From: Vicugna vicugna
Lineage: Eukaryota
Direction: 5' to 3'
DNA length: 64,000 bases
Assembly: GCA_013265495.1 (NCBI GenBank)
Contig: MU058065.1
Span: 9,775,720 to 9,839,719 of the forward strand
Positions 52,780 to 64,000 of this stretch are shown in pieces. The notes under the pieces were generated by a model, which did not search any database, was not told the DNA's origin, and saw nothing but the letters and a program-made list of their open reading frames with translations. The translations under genes were made by a program, and so were the position numbers. Each line of letters begins with the position of its first letter. The first letter of the stretch is position 1.

Positions 52780-52920
52780 CCTCATCTCCACTTCTTTTGC
52801 TAGAATGTGAGCGTAAGAGTAAAGATCTGTTATCCACTTTGTTGCTTCCTAACGGCACCCAGAATAGCGTCTGGTATGGTGTAGGCACCCAATAAATATT
52901 TGCTGAATAAATGGAAAGAA
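52780..52920. mobile_element. L2 3'-end relic
   Basis: 'ctagaatgtgagc...agaatagcgtctggtatggtgtaggcacccaataaatatttgctgaataaatg'. Confidence 0.7.
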
Positions 52921-53469
52921 TTGGCAAGGCACTAGTTTTCTGCCTTCTTGCTCCCAGGCTAAGGGAAAGACAGACTTGCATGGACAATTAAGGAATAACA
53001 TGAAAAATACCATAACAGAATTAGGAAGACAGCCAAGGGAGTTACGGGGGCCTCACTGATAAGCTGTTACTTGCTCTGAGTGTTGTGGAGAGAAGAAGGG
53101 CACAAAGAGAGCATGGGGAGGAGAGAAATCTCGGAAGCAAGAGGCAAGGTCTGTGTGCAGAATGATGATGTCATTCCGAGTCTCGCCCCTCCGGGAGGGT
53201 CCCCAAGCTCTCTGAACCGACCATTATCATAGCCTTCCTTACATTCTTTGTAATTTACTATTTACCTCTCAGTCTCCCCTACAAGGCTGTGAGATCTTTG
53301 ATGCAAGGACCCAGGGTGATCTGATCTCTTTCAGGCTGGGGCTTTGCTGTATTTATCCTCATCTCATAGGTTAGTATGGTGCTGGTGACCTCAGTACATG
53401 TATAATGTATAATAAATGGGTAACGAGTGAATGAGTGATGAATGAATGAATGAGTGAATGACACAGCCT

Positions 53470-54340
53470 AAGAGCAGTTTATTTAAGGAGAGTTTTGAAT
53501 TTAAGTTGAGCAGCAAAAATAGCTAATGTGGTCTGAGGTAGCAATAATAAAAGTATAGTGCCTGGTTTGCTGAATACCTAGAATCTTAGACTTATGAAGA
53601 TTAGAAGTGAGACCTAAGATGTGAGATGACTTGCTCATGGGTCCACACCAAATTTGTAGTCAAAGTAGGACTTGAATTTAGAGATCATGGCTCACAGTTA
53701 AATTTGCTTTCTGCTAAGTTCTACTATATTCTGTGCTGGTCAGGCCACAACTGTAGTAGACTGCATTTCTGAGCATAGTACTTCTGACAAAGTAGAATCT
53801 GTCCAAGGAAGCGTAATGCAGATGCTCGAGGGAAGTAGAAACCATATCACATGAAGATCAGGTGAGGACATTAAGGATGTCTCACCAGAAGAAGAAAATA
53901 CTTGCAAAAGTGAGTGGGAAAACATGGTATCTGTCCTAATATTTTTAAACATATGAGTCATTATTCCTTTGCTCCAGAGAGGAGAAATAGAAGCATAGGT
54001 AGAAACTATAGAGAATCAAATTTCAACTCAATATGAAAAAAATGATCTCAAAATTAGAATTGTCCAAGAATGAAATTCCGAGTGATACAATATACGCACG
54101 TAGAGGCTGGCTGATTATGTCAGGGCAAGACTGTGTGTTCCTTTAGAGCAGAGGTCATGTTTTGTTTGTATTTCCCTAGGACCTAAATGGTACCTGGCAC
54201 ATAGTATATGCTCACTTGAGATTCATTATGTATCTTTCAAAAGGGATTCCTTCATGGGGTGAGTGAGCATGGAGGTGAATAGGAGTGTACTGTATTATTA
54301 ACTCAAAGGACTTTTCCAACCCCTAGGTTTGTGGTCCCTT
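53470..54340 (+). mobile_element. L3/CR1 relic with nested MIR (~53580-53710) and L2 (~54120-54220)
   Basis: 'gctaatgtggtctgaggtagcaataataaaagtatagtg' and 'tattctgtgctggtcaggccaca...gaatctgtccaaggaagc' are L3-like. Confidence 0.55.
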
Positions 54341-54915
54341 GATCATAAAAATTCACACAAAGTAATGCATCAATATTTAATGAAGCAAGTCATTTCATAC
54401 TCTTACAGGTAAAAGCCAGTGAATTGTTGTTTCTTTCAAACTCTACTAAGCCCTGTGATGTTGCATTTTTGTTCCTCCTTTAGGAGAAGGAAAGGTTTGT
54501 TTGTCACAACCCCATCTTGCAAAGGAAATCAGGGCTCGTTACATCTCTGCACCTGTTAACCAAACTAAAATTCCACACAGAAGTTTAAATGGAGTTTGTT
54601 TTGTCCAAGTAGACTAGGAACGATTTATGGAAACCTGAGTGATGGTTATGCCAATAGGTTTACACTTTCCAAAGTGATGACTAATATAGAAAATCAGGTT
54701 TTTCACAGAGTCCTAAATCCTATTTAAATTGTCACCTTTTAAAAATGTTTTAACAAATATTTTAAATATCACTTCAGGAAACTTATTTTTCACCGAATAG
54801 TTTATATTCAGAATGTGTTGGCTTAATATCTGTCCCTCTCTTTTCTTGTGTGTGAACACGAAAGTGTCATTCCTTTTAGTCCATGCAGAGGTCATTTGAA
54901 GGAGACAAAGAAAGC

Positions 54916-54921
54916 TTTATT
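54916..54921 (-). terminator. TMEFF2: Candidate distal polyadenylation signal AATAAA
   Basis: tttatt on the plus strand, followed downstream on the minus strand by U/GU-rich 'gctttctttgtctcc'. Confidence 0.55.
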
Positions 54922-55906
54922 TGGATTTGCTATGTTAGCCACAGAAAGCTATGAAGAACTAAACGGTAATAAGGCAGTTGTTTGACTTGTTATTTTCATC
55001 TTATTCTTTGAGAATTTTCACAGTTTATCTTTTCCCAAAGGGATCATACTTATTTGTAAACTCAAAAATCTGTACCAGTTTCCCACTAAGGTCTTCCATA
55101 TGCTATAGGATTAATTTTCTTTCTTATCTCACCATACATATATATATGTATATATATATATGCTTAAAACACATTTCTCTGTTTTCATGAAATATTATCA
55201 TATTAGTTCCACTTCAGATAATAGTGCTGCATTAGCCACAAAGATATTCATGAGGTATTTGGTTGTGATTCTAACTTAATTTTTAAAGACCCATATACTG
55301 TAAATATAGCAAGGTGCTTTTGAGAATTCATGATTTTGGTGTTACACATTTAATAATGTTATTAAAAATTTCCCCCTAGTTTTTAATTCCAGTCACCTAA
55401 ATGGAATAGATTTTGTGCTCTGTGTATTCCTAATATGTAACTTGTTCAGGATCTTTCAGATATATGCACTTAACTGAGAGATTCTAAGATATTTCCCAAA
55501 TAAAAACCAATATCTTCTTTCCTTCACCTTTATGAGTTATAAAACAATTTTCCCTCCCCTTCTTCTTTTATTTAATTTATATGCCAGAGATTTTTCTGCT
55601 CTGGGGCTGAAAATGGAAGACTAGGGAAGAAAGTTGATGAAATAGAGATGATTCAAAGATCTGAAATATTTTATCCTCACTCGATATAAAGTAAATTATT
55701 TTTTCTCTTTTCCAATAACCATCATTTCCCTTGATCTTGGAATCACTCAAAACCTAGCCACTGAGTCCTGTATAAACTAATGCTCTGTCTCTAGATGTGG
55801 AGAAAGATAAAGTGCTGGTACCTGTACAGATTTTACTAGTTTGATTGTATTTACAGTTATGAGATACCGCAAATTTAAGACTGCCATTTTTTCTCATCAC
55901 TGAGTA

Positions 55907-55912
55907 TTTATT
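55907..55912 (-). terminator. TMEFF2: Candidate proximal polyadenylation signal AATAAA
   Basis: tttatt on the plus strand, with UGUA elements just upstream on the minus strand. Confidence 0.6.
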
Positions 55913-56179
55913 ATATATAACAAATACATGGGAAAGAAAAAACTATATTGTGTGATATAAATAGTTTATTTACATTACAGAAAAACATCAAGACAATGTA
56001 TACTATTTCAAATATATCCATACATAATCAAATATAGCTGTAGTACATGTTTTCATTGGTGTAGATTACCACAAATGCAAGGCAACATGTGTAGATCTCT
56101 TGTCTTATTCTCTTGTCTATAATACTGTATTGTGTAGTCCAAGCTCTCGGTAGTCCGGCCACTGTGCAACATGCTCCCT

Positions 56180-56276
56180 TTAGATTAACCTCGTGGACGC
56201 TCTTGTTGTGTTGTCTGAACTGTAGTGCCCTGTATTTTGCTTCTGTCTGTGAATTCTGTTGCTTCTGGGGCATTTC
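56180..56276 (-). CDS. TMEFF2: TMEFF2 last coding exon (cytoplasmic tail)
   Basis: Acceptor ccttctag|G, then KCPRSNRIHRQKQNTGHYSSDNTTRASTRLI*. TAA at 56182-56180. Phase matches the preceding exon. Confidence 0.96.
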
Positions 56277-57839
56277 CTAGAAGGTTGGAAAGTTTACAGA
56301 TCTTAGTCCAGTGCTATTACCTCAAGTTTGGTCCCACAATCACAGAGTGAAGTTGTGGATTCAGCAAATTATGAAAATATTTCAGATGAAAGACTTTATT
56401 ATTAGCAGAAGCTGGAATTATTTTGGAAGAGGTTTTTCGTTTGTTTGATTTTGCTTCTCCTTGCAGTCGTCTTTAAGTGTCATTGAGAAGAATCGAAGAA
56501 CAGAGGCAGAAGTTGAAGAGGAATACATTTCCCTAGTTCTCAATTGCTTGCATATCAAGGCACAGAGTGACTCAGTGCAGTGCAATCAAGCAAGTGCGAG
56601 CTCGTCTAATCTCATGTTAAAGGTCTTCAACACTTTCATATTTTAAATGTCCTAAGAATGAACATTATATTGACATTTCAAAGCTACAAGTTTAAATCCT
56701 ATCAAACCAGAGAATGAGCCACCTGTTAATATTGGATATATAATGGAAAGGGATATTGTTTTGGTTCAGCCTAATATCATTTTTGTACATTAATACTATA
56801 AGCTAGAGATGTAAATTGATACCAACTATTTAGCTTCTATAAAAAGTTAATATTTGGTTAAATTATCTGAAAAGCTCTGATCTAGTGTCTTTTCTCTTAT
56901 AATAAAATAATGCTTTGATGACACAAATAAAAATAACACTGTAAAGTTTGTATAAAATCCTATTATAATAAGCTGTAGGGTATCAGAAAATATATATCCA
57001 TATATATGTTCATATATGAATCTATACATATATATAGTAGGTATATATATGGGGTTTTTTGGGAAGAGGATAAAGCTATCAAAATGAGTATGGAGCTGGA
57101 AGTCACAGTCCCAGCAACTGGGAGCTAGAAATAAAAATGTAGAAAATCTCAACAGGGCAACTCTCATTTCAGAACATGTCTCTCGATGTCTGTATTTTTT
57201 ATGACACATGTTGTATTTAGGAGAAGGGCAGATGTTTGACTAAAATAGTAAAAACAAGGGGAAGGAATTAGAGAAAAAAGAAAAAAGCAAAGTTGGAAGA
57301 GGAGACAAGAAAGAAAAGAGGTAGAAAAGAGGAGAAACCAGGTGATGACGAGATTAAAAGAAAACTGAAGAGAATGAGGGGAACTGTGCTTGGTGTGATT
57401 TTGTAAATCTCTTAGCAACTAGATGTTTTGGAATAGGTCTTGACAGACAAATGTTGCGAGATCACCAGGAAGGGAGGGTTTGGACAGGAAGGGTTTTGCA
57501 GGAGCATGGCCTAGTTGGAAAGTCTGGTTTTTGAGCAGAATATTTTCAAGTGAATGAAACAAATCCATACTGAGAACAGTGTGGTTTATTGACTAGTATA
57601 ACTCCTGGAAAGACTCTGGAAAGCTTGGACAGCCTAGGACAGATTTATAAAATGCATTACCATAATGCTAATTTAGCTCATGTGCTCCTTCTCCTCCTCA
57701 AAGTAAACAGAAGATAGGTTTTGTTTCAACATGGAAGCTAAAACGGCTATATGCTTTTAAAAAGTGGCTTGCCTAATTTGGAGCTCAGTTTAGGTTGTCC
57801 TGGACATCAGAATACAGACATAATGACCAGCCAAGGGGC

Positions 57840-57990
57840 AGTGTGAGCAGTGGGTGAGTGCACAGGCTCTGACACGAGGCAGCCTAGACTCCATTTCTGC
57901 CCTTGTTGCTCAGCAATTTACTGACTTCTCATACCGCAGGGTCCCTATCTCCAAAAAGGGGATAACTGTTCCTTCTTCACAATGCTATCA
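57840..57990. mobile_element. MIR relic in TMEFF2 last intron
   Basis: 'gagtgcacaggctctgacacgaggcagcctagactccatttctgccc...cctatctccaaaaaggggataac'. Confidence 0.55.
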
Positions 57991-59719
57991 AATGTATATA
58001 CATACGTGTGTGTGTATACATATATGATACATGCACACACGTATATATAGACACACAATTCCTGGGGAAGTAAGGACCCTGTGTATTCCAGTTGTTTTTA
58101 GTATGTATGGGAATGAAACTGGGATTAATAACAGACTTGCAAACATCTGCTAAAGTATTTAAAGTTCTGCATTTTTGTCAATACATGAAGTAGCAAATCA
58201 AATTGTTAGGAGATTAGCTCTCCTAAATATGAATTTCATTTTTCATGTGCTGATACTGCTAAGCTATTAGAAGGCTCAAGACCCTTTGAGAAATATGGCA
58301 CAGTTCCCTGTATTTTAGATTCCTTTCTGTCTTTTCTTTTCTGCTCAGTATTTTTGGTTTCTTGAGTTATCTTTATATTTCCCAGAATCTATTTTAATAT
58401 AATCCATTGACTCACTTGGCATCTAAGTGTGAGAGTCGAGTTGATGAACTCAACTTGGCTCAGAGTAGCGCAAAGCTCCTGTCAATGATCTTCCCTTAAT
58501 AAGCCTTTAGGCCAGGCAAGGATTTATGAACCATATTTTGTTTTTTTCAAGAGCAAATGCCACACTTGTCCTCAAAGAAGATAGCACAGTACAGATGCTA
58601 AGATGTATTATGGCCTTTATTTTCTAAAGATATGATACTTTCTTTTATATTCTTATCTTTTGAAAATAATTTTTTGGGAAGCATTCTGACTTACTGTAGA
58701 GCTGTACAAACAACTGAAAGTCTAAATGCCTTGCGAATTTGATACAAACCTTGAAAAACTTTCCAGGAGCTTTTCTCTCAAGCAGAGTAAAATCGAATCA
58801 GAATGAAGTCTCTTCAATAACATTTCTGGTTAGACAGGACATAAATAACATGCATTTGGCTTGGCATCTAATTCTTGCTTCCCATGAATTTGCACACTAA
58901 TGAAGTTAAGCAAGTACCTGGCCTCACTCCTTTGCTCCAAACTCAGTGTCAGACATCACTGACTAATCATGGTTTTATTTCCTGTTGAAACTGAATGAGA
59001 TCTCTGTATCTCTCTCAACAGAGCTTTCCAGGAAGCAATTACCATTTGATTGCTATTTGGTATGAAACCTTGTTGTGAAATTTGCTCCATGTTTCCTTAT
59101 ATCAAGGTTTTCATGTCCTACAAAATAATCTTCTCATTATAATGATTTTCTTCGAATTTTGTGACTAAAAGTTATTCTATCACCTTAAGATCAAAATGTA
59201 TTTGTTGTTTATACCAAATATGTTAAAAATGATTATACCTGAGAGTTATACTGGGAAATATAAGTGCCATAAATGAGAGCTATAATTGAATACTTTTTTA
59301 GGCCTTGTATAAAATCTATTCTGACCTCATTTGGCATACTGATCTGGGTAAGGAAGGAAACACTGGTCATTAACATCGTCTGTCATTAGTTTGAATGAAG
59401 ACTGACTTTTTATAGTTAAAAGAAAAGAGCATATTTAAACAAAGATTGGTATTACACATTAGAAGGGAAAAAAAGACCTTTGCTTAGGAAATAAATAACC
59501 CTCATCATAATGCAAAAGTAAGGAAAATAACTTCTACCAGTCCAGAATGGAAATCAGTATCTTTCCGTTTGGCTGTTCAGATGCTGTTGTGATGAGGAAA
59601 TAGGACTCCAGGGAATGAATAGTTGTAGAGCCCCTGAAGGGACTTGTACTTAGCGTGATCTGATTAAGAGAGGAGAAACGACACATCGCTTTATGTGGCC
59701 ACTGAGTGCACTTACTGAC

Positions 59720-59878
59720 CTTGTGATGCAGAGGACCACCACACAGATGACAGCAATCTGCACCGTTCCGATCACGGCTGCGATTAAGACATACTGAAAT
59801 CGAACAGGGCCGGGAACAACGTACAGTACACTGTAGTCCTTTTTCTCACAGTGTTGTCCAGTATAACCAGCATCACAC
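59720..59878 (-). CDS. TMEFF2: TMEFF2 penultimate coding exon (end of EGF-like domain plus transmembrane helix)
   Basis: ttcttccag|G acceptor and AAG|gtcagt donor, 159 bp. Encodes (R)CDAGYTGQHCEKKDYSVLYVVPGPVRFQYVLIAAVIGTVQIAVICVVVLCIT(R). Confidence 0.97.
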
Positions 59879-60850
59879 CTGGAAGAAATCATAGTGTTCA
59901 GTCACCTGTGGCTGCTGGACCCATTTTTATAGTTGGCTGATGGGCATTTATCATCATTGTGAAATTAGAGCTTTTTGTTTACCTCTCATATAAAAATAGT
60001 ACTCCGTAGATATGTTTCTCAAGTACCTGCTTTCAACAAGGTCTCTTTGTGTTTTTGATTTCAAAGACACATGGTTTGTTTTTATACTTGTAATAATAGA
60101 TTTTGAAGATAGAAGGGTTGGGAGATAATTTGTGGTGCTACTATAGAGAGACAACAGATGCCCAGGAGCAATTGTTCTTTCTATATATATTTTTTTTTCT
60201 GATGAGTTTTATGTTTTATTTAACTTGCTCTTTAATCAACCTAAGTCTACATAATTACTTGAGAAAAGGCTTGTTTCTGATGACATATTTATAAAAAGTA
60301 GTGCTATTCATTTTTGAATAAAGGATTCTCTATGCTACTGTTAGCATAAGTGTTTAAAAAAATGTTAGAGTCAGAGGCACAACAAGAGTGATTTCTTCAA
60401 TTTGCCGGTCATAAAGTTGTCCACTTATGTTAGAAAGTCAAATTTCAGTAGAAAAAAAATTAATTATGAAGTAGGCAATTAAGTTTGGCAAAACATGCGC
60501 TATTCATCTGAGAATGAATGCTGCCCCTCACTCACCAGAAAGCTCAGGTAGACAATCTCATGCTAGAATTAGTATTTGACAATGAAATGAGGAAACACCT
60601 CACATGAAAACAATACTAATGGGGACCAGCTTGTCATTGACTTTGTGCAACTATTTTTTGGTACTTCACTTTGAATTTCTCATAACTGCATCCTGGGATC
60701 TTGTCTTCTGCATCAGAAGGGTTTAATGATGATGACTATGCTGGGGATGTCAGGGTAGCAGGAGCTGCCTCTCACACTGCCTGGCTTTACTGGAAGGCAG
60801 GTGCTGGTGATTCAGTGAAGGAAAACAGGAAAGGAGGACAGTCCTTGAGC

Positions 60851-60920
60851 AAGAGAGAGAGAGAGAAAGAAAGAAGAAGAGGGAGAAGCAGAAGAAGAGA
60901 AAAAGAAGGGGAGGGAAAAA
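60851..60920 (+). repeat. AG-rich low-complexity tract
   Basis: Polypurine run visible in the sequence. Confidence 0.85.
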
Positions 60921-61537
60921 GTGATATGCATTCCACCGTATAGCAATACACAACCTATTTCATCACATGCCATGTGCATATTCCTTTAATAAAAATACAT
61001 TTGCTTTTTCACTTTGGCTTTATCATCCCTGAAATAATTCTGTTCTATCCATGAGTATTCAGCAGATATTTGTATGTATTAACTAAATCCAGACAAGCAG
61101 TTTCTTTGTGTCTCAACTGAGTTTGAGTCTGTGGAGATGCAGCTAATAATCTCACTACACGAGTCTTGTGGATAGCAGATCCACAGAAAAGAGTGTTTGC
61201 CTAGCTAAACCAAGATTGATGATATTTACTGGAAGACCTGAAGGACTTTGGAAAAGACGACCTCCCAAAAGCAACTATGTTATCTCATGTACTGAATGGA
61301 TGGATGTAAGACCCAGCCATTCCTTTATTTGAGAAATATTTACCAAGTACCTGACATGTGTCAAGCACTGCTCTCTGTCCGTGGGAGAGAGTGGTGAATA
61401 AAACGGAGGAGGCTGTGTCTTTAAAGAGCTTGCAATGCCCAAAGTACAGTGTAACATTTTACCTGAAGAGTGTATATAATGATGTGTTACATAGTATTCG
61501 GGTATATAAAGCACACGCATTTTGTTGTTTTCTAGTT

Positions 61538-61576
61538 TGTGTGTGTGTGTGCATGTGTGTGTGTGTGTGTGTGTGT
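61538..61576. repeat. (TG)n microsatellite, interrupted, intronic
   Basis: Visible in the sequence. Confidence 0.95.
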
Positions 61577-61712
61577 ATATAGGAGAGGCAGAGAAAAGCT
61601 TAGCTGCTGATCACCCATTCAGGCAGAATGCCATCCAACTCTGTAAACATTCAGAATGTAGTGTCTATATTTTTACTTTACACATTTAAAAGTTAAAGGG
61701 TGAAAACATTAC

Positions 61713-61836
61713 CTGCAAGATGGCTCCTGCATATTGATAGAGTGTTCGCACTTCCCGTGCATGCAGAAGCCATTGTAATGTTCTGGGCAAGGTATGTGGT
61801 GTTCTCTGGCACTTTCTTCTAATTTGTTAGCATTCT
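61713..61836 (-). CDS. TMEFF2: TMEFF2 coding exon (start of EGF-like domain); upstream exons lie beyond the window
   Basis: tattcacag|AG acceptor and CAG|gtaatg donor, 124 bp. Encodes (E)NANKLEESAREHHIPCPEHYNGFCMHGKCEHSINMQEPSC(R) and splices in frame to 59878. Confidence 0.97.
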
Positions 61837-64000
61837 CTGTGAATACAGATAAAAGCAACACCCCCATAAATACTTTCTTAGCCTGGTAAGATCAACCAGT
61901 GCGTTACAAAGCAGAGCTACAGTAGGCAGAGACATTTAAAAGGGCACGAATTAAAAGGCCATGCTTCAGAAGAAAGAGGGAGAAAGAATTGAAAGACTGA
62001 TGTCTCTACAATTGTGTTTAGAGATGAAACTGCAAAATTACCCAGTGCTTTTCATGCTTTTATGCAATTTCCTACACCTTTAAGAGCCAGTGGTGTTTCT
62101 ATGAGTTGTCAGACAGCTTTAATTTTCCTTGTGTAGAGACCATACATTGATCATAAAATAATTCAAAAAGAAATATCCTATTTTTTGAATTTCAAAGCCC
62201 AGCATAATGTCCCTAAAAGTAAATTGCTGTAATACCTTGATGCTCTCAGTGTGGGAGCTTAAAAGTTAAAACATGGCCGTGTTCAATTGTTAAACAGAAG
62301 TTTTCCAAAACCAAATGCAGATTTCAACAAATGTATTCTTTCAGGCTTTTTTCGACTACTGTGAACATGAATTTTGCCAGCACCCATCCATTTTCTTATT
62401 GCCTAAATAAAGCTATTGAAAGAGTAAACGTTATTTCAGAATCACTTATGTAGACACTAACACAGTATATACTGAATGCTGTAAGTGTATTCCAATTCAT
62501 ATTAGTTGGCCTATGTTAGCAATGTTATGTGAAATTTAAACTCATGATAAAGAAAAGACTTGTGTTCTAAAATTAACCCTTTCCTGGGTTATTAACAAGT
62601 TTTGTTTTTTCAAGTTTCTATGAAGATAAAATATCTTTATAGAGACCTGACCTTTATCTGACCTTTGTTAGTCTAAATACGTTTGCTTCTTATTTGTAAT
62701 GCCATCTCTCAGTGGTCTTTCATTCTTTATAAGTTCATAATATAAAGTTTTGCCTTTTTTGAGTTTCTTCTATCATCTGAGACCTGATGCACTTTAAAAT
62801 TCTTGCTTAAACGCATAAGAAATATAACTCTCTTGACGTCAATCTGAAGACACTTTTCAGCACCACAGTAATTGGTCAGCAGTAATGGATTCTTCCAATG
62901 ATGGCAGATTGAGAATAAATTGCTATTTGTATGAAATGGATTATTTCCTATCATTTCCGTATAGGGGTATGATTTTTTATTGTAGTGCATCCTTATAATT
63001 TTTGCTGGCAGTCACAGATGATGACAGTATTCATCATGAGAAAAAAACGTACCTTCAGTATCAGTGAATTAGACTAATATATTATTTATGTTTAAGCAGA
63101 GCTATGAAATACCTACACATGTTAAGATCTAGGTGTCCTCTGCAAAACAGTAAAGTTTGAAGTGAATTGTTAAATATGTTAAGTGCTTTCTTGTGTAGGG
63201 ATATTTATGTTCATTGGTATGATGGGTAATATTTCAAATTACAGACCCAAATTAATAAAGGATTTATCATAAACATGCTGAAGAGACTAGAGATGACATG
63301 TAAATCATTCATTTTTTTTTCTGTATCTGGTCTCCTTACCTATTTAGGTAATCTTTTGTTTGCATTATAATATTTCTACTTTGATAATTATTATTAAACT
63401 GAATGAACTACTTCCAAAGAAAAGACTAGGAATATACAGAACTTTCTATTTTGGTTCCTTCCATTCTTCCAAGTTACTTTGGGCTTTTGTGTCATAGTGT
63501 TTTTGGTAACAAATCACACCTGCAGTAAGCCAACGCAGCAAAACTGAAATGGAAAGTGTGGGTTACAATTTCCAATATGGGACTATGTGACCAAAGTAGG
63601 AGCAGGGCATTTAGAGACACCTTGAGATGGCCTGCCATCTTTCATGAATCCATGAAGACTCGGCTCATTCCGTGCCTCGGCTGGGAGGCTACAAGCCAGG
63701 GTGGTCAAACCATGCACCTGCTGTTGAACGACAACTTTAGCTGTGGGGTTTGCCAGCCTCGCTGCTGATGTAATGAACCAGCACTGATTTTCCCCTCTTA
63801 TTTCTGGATCTTCTCTCTATAACAAACTATTCAACATTTCTATTTAGTGTTCGTTAGTAACCCTTCAGTGCTTCTGCACACCTGTATGTAGGGGAATTTC
63901 CGTTACTTCCCTGCATTTCAGTTGTACACTGTGATTTCTGTCAGAGTATTTTTCAAACACATCTTATTAGGGCTATTTTTCTTTCTGTCAGTTGCAAAAG

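Larger units (their letters stand above)
54895..56179 (-). other. TMEFF2: TMEFF2 3' UTR (long form; end inferred from the distal AATAAA)
   Basis: Follows the TAA stop. AU-rich with no recognisable interspersed repeats. Minus-strand AATAAA at 55965-55970, 55907-55912, 55567-55572 and 54916-54921. Confidence 0.7.

Noticed and set aside
59879..59892. ORF-track start 'MISSR' for the TM exon
   Set aside because: This is intronic acceptor sequence; the exon begins at 59878.
61834..61839. Second AG 2 nt inside the EGF exon acceptor
   Set aside because: It would frameshift an internal exon, and the first AG already gives the expected TMEFF2 reading frame.
1..64000. A novel multi-gene system, CRISPR array or RNA gene cluster
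   Set aside because: None seen. The window is explained by the TMEFF2 3' end, transposon relics and intergenic DNA.

Overview
Mammalian genomic DNA, probably camelid: it carries three copies of a tRNA-derived SINE resembling camelid vic-1 and a young, non-primate LINE-1. The only host gene is the 3' end of TMEFF2 (tomoregulin-2) on the minus strand, comprising the last three coding exons (61713-61836, 59720-59878, 56180-56276) and a 3' UTR with proximal and distal AATAAA signals. The remaining ~55 kb is downstream intergenic sequence rich in transposon relics. These include a 5'-truncated L1 with an intact 1265-aa ORF2, other young and old L1 pieces, ERV/MaLR LTRs, MIR, L2, CR1/L3 and hAT MITEs. 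I found no convincing new multi-gene system. Best leads: (1) a tandem 5' splice donor 4 nt into the last TMEFF2 intron that would switch the terminal exon into a second open frame, giving an 83-aa tail; (2) a layered 3' transduction and an unusually long (~41 bp) target-site duplication on the young L1; (3) an ancient L1 with a near-exact twin-priming inversion junction; (4) alternative polyadenylation that partitions miRNA and Pumilio sites. Repeat family names come from recalled consensus similarity, not a database search, and old-repeat boundaries are approximate.
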